From a bacterium (GTDB taxonomy: Bacteria > CALINM01): 28,467 nucleotides of DNA. A program made the translations under genes and the position numbers. The notes below the pieces were generated by a model, which did no database searches, was not told the origin of the DNA, and was given only the letters and a program-made list of their open reading frames with translations. Below are positions 25,670-28,467 of the stretch, one piece after another. The stretch is taken from the NCBI GenBank assembly GCA_041640455.1, contig JBEQAF010000007.1, positions 1 to 28,467 of the forward strand, read 5' to 3'. The first letter of the stretch is position 1. The number at the start of each line of letters is the position of its first letter.

Positions 25670-26356
25670 TTATAAATTTATATGCAATCCACACTCTTTT
25701 TTGTCTTTTCCTTTCCATCTTCCAGAACGTTCATCAAATAAATCGGGGAGATCTGTGCAGGGCTCACACCCAATACTTGAGTAGCCTTTTTCATATAGAG
25801 GATGAAAGGGTATTTTATTTTTTTCCATGTAGTTATAAACATCCTTTGATGTCCAATCTATGATAGGACTGATTTTGTATATACCGCTTTTTGTAAGCTC
25901 AATCTTTTTTAGTTTGCTTCTGAAAGCTGTCTGGTCACGTCTGATACCGGAAAGCCAGGCTTTAATATTAAATTCCTTCATGAAATTTTGTAGTGGTTCA
26001 ATCTTTCTTAATCTGCAGCAAAGATCTGGATTAATTTTATAAATATTAACGCCATATTTATCTATAAACTGTTCCTTGCTCATCTCGGCTGAAACTTCAA
26101 TAAAATTAAGCCGTGGATACAGGCTTTTTATTTTCTCAATGTATTCGAGGGTTTCTTTAAAAAGAAAGCTTGTATTTACATAAACTATGTCTATTTGAAG
26201 CCCACTTTTGTTGATAAGATCTATTAAAACACCAGAACTTGCTCCAAAAGATGTAGTTGAAATAATTAGAGGTTTAAATATTTCATAGGATTCTTTGATC
26301 AATAGAGGTGCTGATAACTGTTCGCCTTTTTCTTTTAATTCATCTAATGTCATCAC
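25670..26356 (-). CDS. cysH: APS/PAPS reductase (Fe-S type)
   Basis: TSFG, LFKET, CC-RLRKIEPL, SGIRRDQ, GYSSIGCEPCT, ERSGRW, ECGLH. Confidence 0.95.
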   Translation of the reverse strand: MMTLDELKEKGEQLSAPLLIKESYEIFKPLIISTTSFGASSGVLIDLINKSGLQIDIVYVNTSFLFKETLEYIEKIKSLYPRLNFIEVSAEMSKEQFIDKYGVNIYKINPDLCCRLRKIEPLQNFMKEFNIKAWLSGIRRDQTAFRSKLKKIELTKSGIYKISPIIDWTSKDVYNYMEKNKIPFHPLYEKGYSSIGCEPCTDLPDLFDERSGRWKGKDKKECGLHINL

Positions 26357-26966
26357 TTTGGACTCCTATATAATTTTTTTCATACAGATATGAGATAATC
26401 TTAGATACACACTCATCTTTTGTTTCTCTATCGGTATAAAGGACTATTTCTGGATTTTCGGGTTCTTCATAGGGATCATCCACACCAGTAAACTCCTTTA
26501 ACTCACCTGTACGCGCTTTTTTATAAAGTCCTTTAGGATCTCTTTGCTCACAAATATCTATAGGGCATCTTACATAAACCTCTATAAAATCTCCTTCTTT
26601 TTGTTTATTTCTTGCGTTTAATCTATCCTCTTTGTAAGGTGATATAAAAGCAGTAATATTAATAATGCCAGCATCCGTAAAAAGTTTTCCCACCTCAGCA
26701 ATTCTTCTGATATTCTCTTTTCTTTCTTCTCTGGAAAACCCCAGATCTTTATTTAATCCAAATCTTATGTTGTCACCGTCAAGTACGTAAGATCTGACAC
26801 CGAGCTCAAAAAGCCTCTCTTCCAGCTTATGGGCAATAGTTGACTTACCAGCTCCAGAAAGACCTGTTAACCAGATAGTGCAGCCTTTATGCCCTTGAGC
26901 TCTTTCTCTGTCCTCTCTTGTTATATGTCCTTTATGCCAGTAGATATTCCTTTTTCCGTCGATCAC
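26340..26966 (-). CDS. cysC: Adenylyl-sulfate kinase
   Basis: WLTGLSGAGKST, LDGDNIR, ENIRR, FISPY, RDPKGLY, FTGVDDPYEEP. Confidence 0.97.
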   Translation of the reverse strand: MIDGKRNIYWHKGHITREDRERAQGHKGCTIWLTGLSGAGKSTIAHKLEERLFELGVRSYVLDGDNIRFGLNKDLGFSREERKENIRRIAEVGKLFTDAGIINITAFISPYKEDRLNARNKQKEGDFIEVYVRCPIDICEQRDPKGLYKKARTGELKEFTGVDDPYEEPENPEIVLYTDRETKDECVSKIISYLYEKNYIGVQSDDIR

Positions 26967-27202
26967 TTAACATCCTCCTCACCTTTTTTTACAGTTACTT
27001 TGCAGCAACTTTTATCAAACTGTTCCACTTTTATTACTTTGTGTCCTTCTTCTTTAAGACTTCTTGTTACATTAACCAGTGGTTCTCCTTCCTCCAGTAT
27101 AATCTCCACCTCCTCTCCGGGATCAATTTCTTCCAGAAAAATCTTTGCCTTTACGAAATTTATCGGACAGATAACATTTTTTAGATTAAGAATTTTCTTC
27201 AT
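26963..27202 (-). CDS. tusA: TusA/SirA family sulfurtransferase
   Basis: LNLKNVICPINFVKAK (conserved CP), GEEVEIIL, EGHKV. Confidence 0.9.
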   Translation of the reverse strand: MKKILNLKNVICPINFVKAKIFLEEIDPGEEVEIILEEGEPLVNVTRSLKEEGHKVIKVEQFDKSCCKVTVKKGEEDVK

Positions 27203-28049
27203 TTAAAATCTCCTTTAACGCATTTTCTAAGCCATACCTGTCAAGGCAGTGACCAAATCTTTCCTTTTTTCTCCCTTCTTTTTTAAAAAACTCATAAGCT
27301 CTTTTAATAAAGGTGAGTAACTCCTCTTTGTTTTCGATCAAAACTTTTGCTTTTGTTGCCAATCTTGGTTTTTTGCCCATGGTGCCGCCAAGCCAGAGAG
27401 TATAGCCTTTCTTTTTTTCTTCCCATGCGGATACAGGACAGTTATTTATACAAATGCCACAGAGAATACATTTATCTAAGCTTAGCTCATAGCCTTTTTC
27501 TGTTTTTACTATCGCCTCAGTAGGACATACCTTTATACAAAGACCACAATCAATACATATATCTTTTTTCCAATCTGGAAGAACACCACCCATAACACCC
27601 ACATCATTTTCTATTGGTTTTGAACAGTTATTTGGACAACCAGAAACACTTATTTTAAACTTGGCAGGAGCCTCCTTTCTGAAGTACAGATTGTCCAGTT
27701 CTTTTGCCAGTTCTTTTGTCTCTATAATGCCATACTTACAGGTAGCTGCCCCGGGACAAGCAACTATTCCCCTTCCTCTGGGACCACAGGCACCTAAAAC
27801 TATGCCTCCATTCGAAAGTGCATCTTTTACCTTTTCAATATTCGAAATGTTTACATTGTGAATCTCGATGCCCTGTCTTGTTGTTAGATGAACCCTTCCA
27901 TCACCATATTTTTTAGCAATATTAGCTATTATGCTCACCTCTTCTGTGGTAAAGTCACCAGCAACCGCCTTTATTCTTATAGTGAATAGAGACTTTTGTT
28001 TTTGAGATATAATTCCAATCTTTTTTAATTCATCAGTATTGGTTTCCAT
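27186..28049 (-). CDS. Small siroheme sulfite/nitrite reductase-like protein with 2x[4Fe-4S] ferredoxin insert
   Basis: HLTTRQ, CPGAATC (Cx5C) and SGCPNNC (Cx3C) siroheme-[4Fe-4S] ligands, plus CIDCGLCIKVCP and CILCGICINNCP. Confidence 0.88.
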   Translation of the reverse strand: METNTDELKKIGIISQKQKSLFTIRIKAVAGDFTTEEVSIIANIAKKYGDGRVHLTTRQGIEIHNVNISNIEKVKDALSNGGIVLGACGPRGRGIVACPGAATCKYGIIETKELAKELDNLYFRKEAPAKFKISVSGCPNNCSKPIENDVGVMGGVLPDWKKDICIDCGLCIKVCPTEAIVKTEKGYELSLDKCILCGICINNCPVSAWEEKKKGYTLWLGGTMGKKPRLATKAKVLIENKEELLTFIKRAYEFFKKEGRKKERFGHCLDRYGLENALKEILNEENS

Positions 28050-28088
28050 TTTTATTCCTCAATAAGTTTATTTTTTTAATGTAGTATT

Positions 28089-28117
28089 ATTTAATCATAT
28101 GCAACTTTTTAAGTCAA
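28089..28117 (-). promoter_or_regulatory. Probable promoter of the sulfur assimilation operon
   Basis: TTGACT (28117-28112), 17 nt, TTAAAT in a very AT-rich divergent intergenic region. Confidence 0.45.
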
Positions 28118-28175
28118 GAAAATTTTTAAAATTTATTTTTATTTTTATGTATTTTTTTGGTAAAATTTGTTTTAA

Positions 28176-28198
28176 TATATTACTAAAATAGTAGTATA
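28176..28198. promoter_or_regulatory. Rrf2-type (CymR/IscR-like) operator palindrome
   Basis: TATA-T-TACTA-AAA-TAGTA-G-TATA overlapping TATAAT (28195-28200) upstream of the MetI-like gene. Confidence 0.55.
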
Positions 28199-28220
28199 AT
28201 TTTTTAAGGAGGGGCTAAAT

Positions 28221-28467
28221 ATGTGCAAAATCAATACAATTCTTGCGCAGGCAGGAAGTAAATGGGATGAAAGAACAGGTGCTGTTAGCATGCCCATTTA
28301 TCAAACTGCAACATTCAGACATCCCGCATTGGGACAGAGCACAGGTTTTGACTATACAAGGAGCGGTAATCCTACAAGGCAGGTTCTGGAAGATCTTATG
28401 GCAAAGCTGGATGGTGGAGTAAGAGGGTTTGCCTTTTCTTCAGGGCTTGCTGCCATAGATTGTGTTT
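28221..28467 (+). CDS. Trans-sulfuration PLP enzyme (cystathionine gamma-synthase MetI/MetB-like), truncated by the window end
   Basis: Own translation: MCKINTILAQAGSKWDERTGAVSMPIYQTATFRHPALGQSTGFDYTRSGNPTRQVLE...FSSGLAAI. SD AAGGAGG. Absent from the ORF track because there is no stop in the window. Confidence 0.9.
   Translation, partial: MCKINTILAQAGSKWDERTGAVSMPIYQTATFRHPALGQSTGFDYTRSGNPTRQVLEDLMAKLDGGVRGFAFSSGLAAIDCV

Noticed and set aside
25670..26356. PAPS-reductase-family gene near R-M read as DndC/SspD DNA phosphorothioation
   Set aside because: It is a short canonical CysH with ECGLH, and no dndB/D/E or ssp genes are in the window.
578..27861. Numerous 60-105 aa alternative-frame and antisense ORFs in the track (e.g. 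578-787, 8196-8432, 8278-8580, 26889-27206)
   Set aside because: They overlap well-supported genes, show antisense-shadow composition (Ser/Phe/Ile-rich) and have no recognisable motifs.
1..28467. tRNA, rRNA, CRISPR array, transposase or integrase
   Set aside because: None seen: intergenic gaps are short, with no regularly spaced repeats, cloverleaf patterns or recombinase ORFs.

Overview
An AT-rich bacterial chromosomal segment, about 28.5 kb and almost fully coding; taxonomy cannot be assigned from the sequence alone. The left half (1-15.6 kb) is housekeeping. It holds a pcrA/uvrD-hyp-suhB-radC run, a DUF3108-like gene, a small-ORF-ftsE-ftsX-envC operon, hsp20, dodecin, and a tightly packed panB-panC-panD-amidohydrolase-DUF502-hemW-MoxR-VWA operon led by a pan RNA motif with a complete attenuator. 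The right half looks accessory. It holds a type II R-M pair (TdeIII/MjaII-like) and a 13-gene sulfate-assimilation operon (sulfite reductase-like, TusA, cysC, cysH, a four-gene Pst-type ABC transporter, sat, cysK, ThiS-like carrier, MoeB/ThiF, JAB protease), divergent from a truncated MetI/MetB-like gene. The strongest candidates for undescribed biology are: (1) a PstSCAB-type transporter embedded in the sulfate operon, with altered anion-binding motifs and an ATPase fused to a TusA-like domain lacking the canonical cysteine, possibly a sulfur-oxyanion importer; (2) a 20/21-bp inverted repeat bracketing hsp20 that competes with a convergent hairpin; (3) an FtsE with nearly all ATPase motifs eroded; (4) an explicit antiterminator in the pan leader. 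All family assignments come from motif recognition, not database searches.
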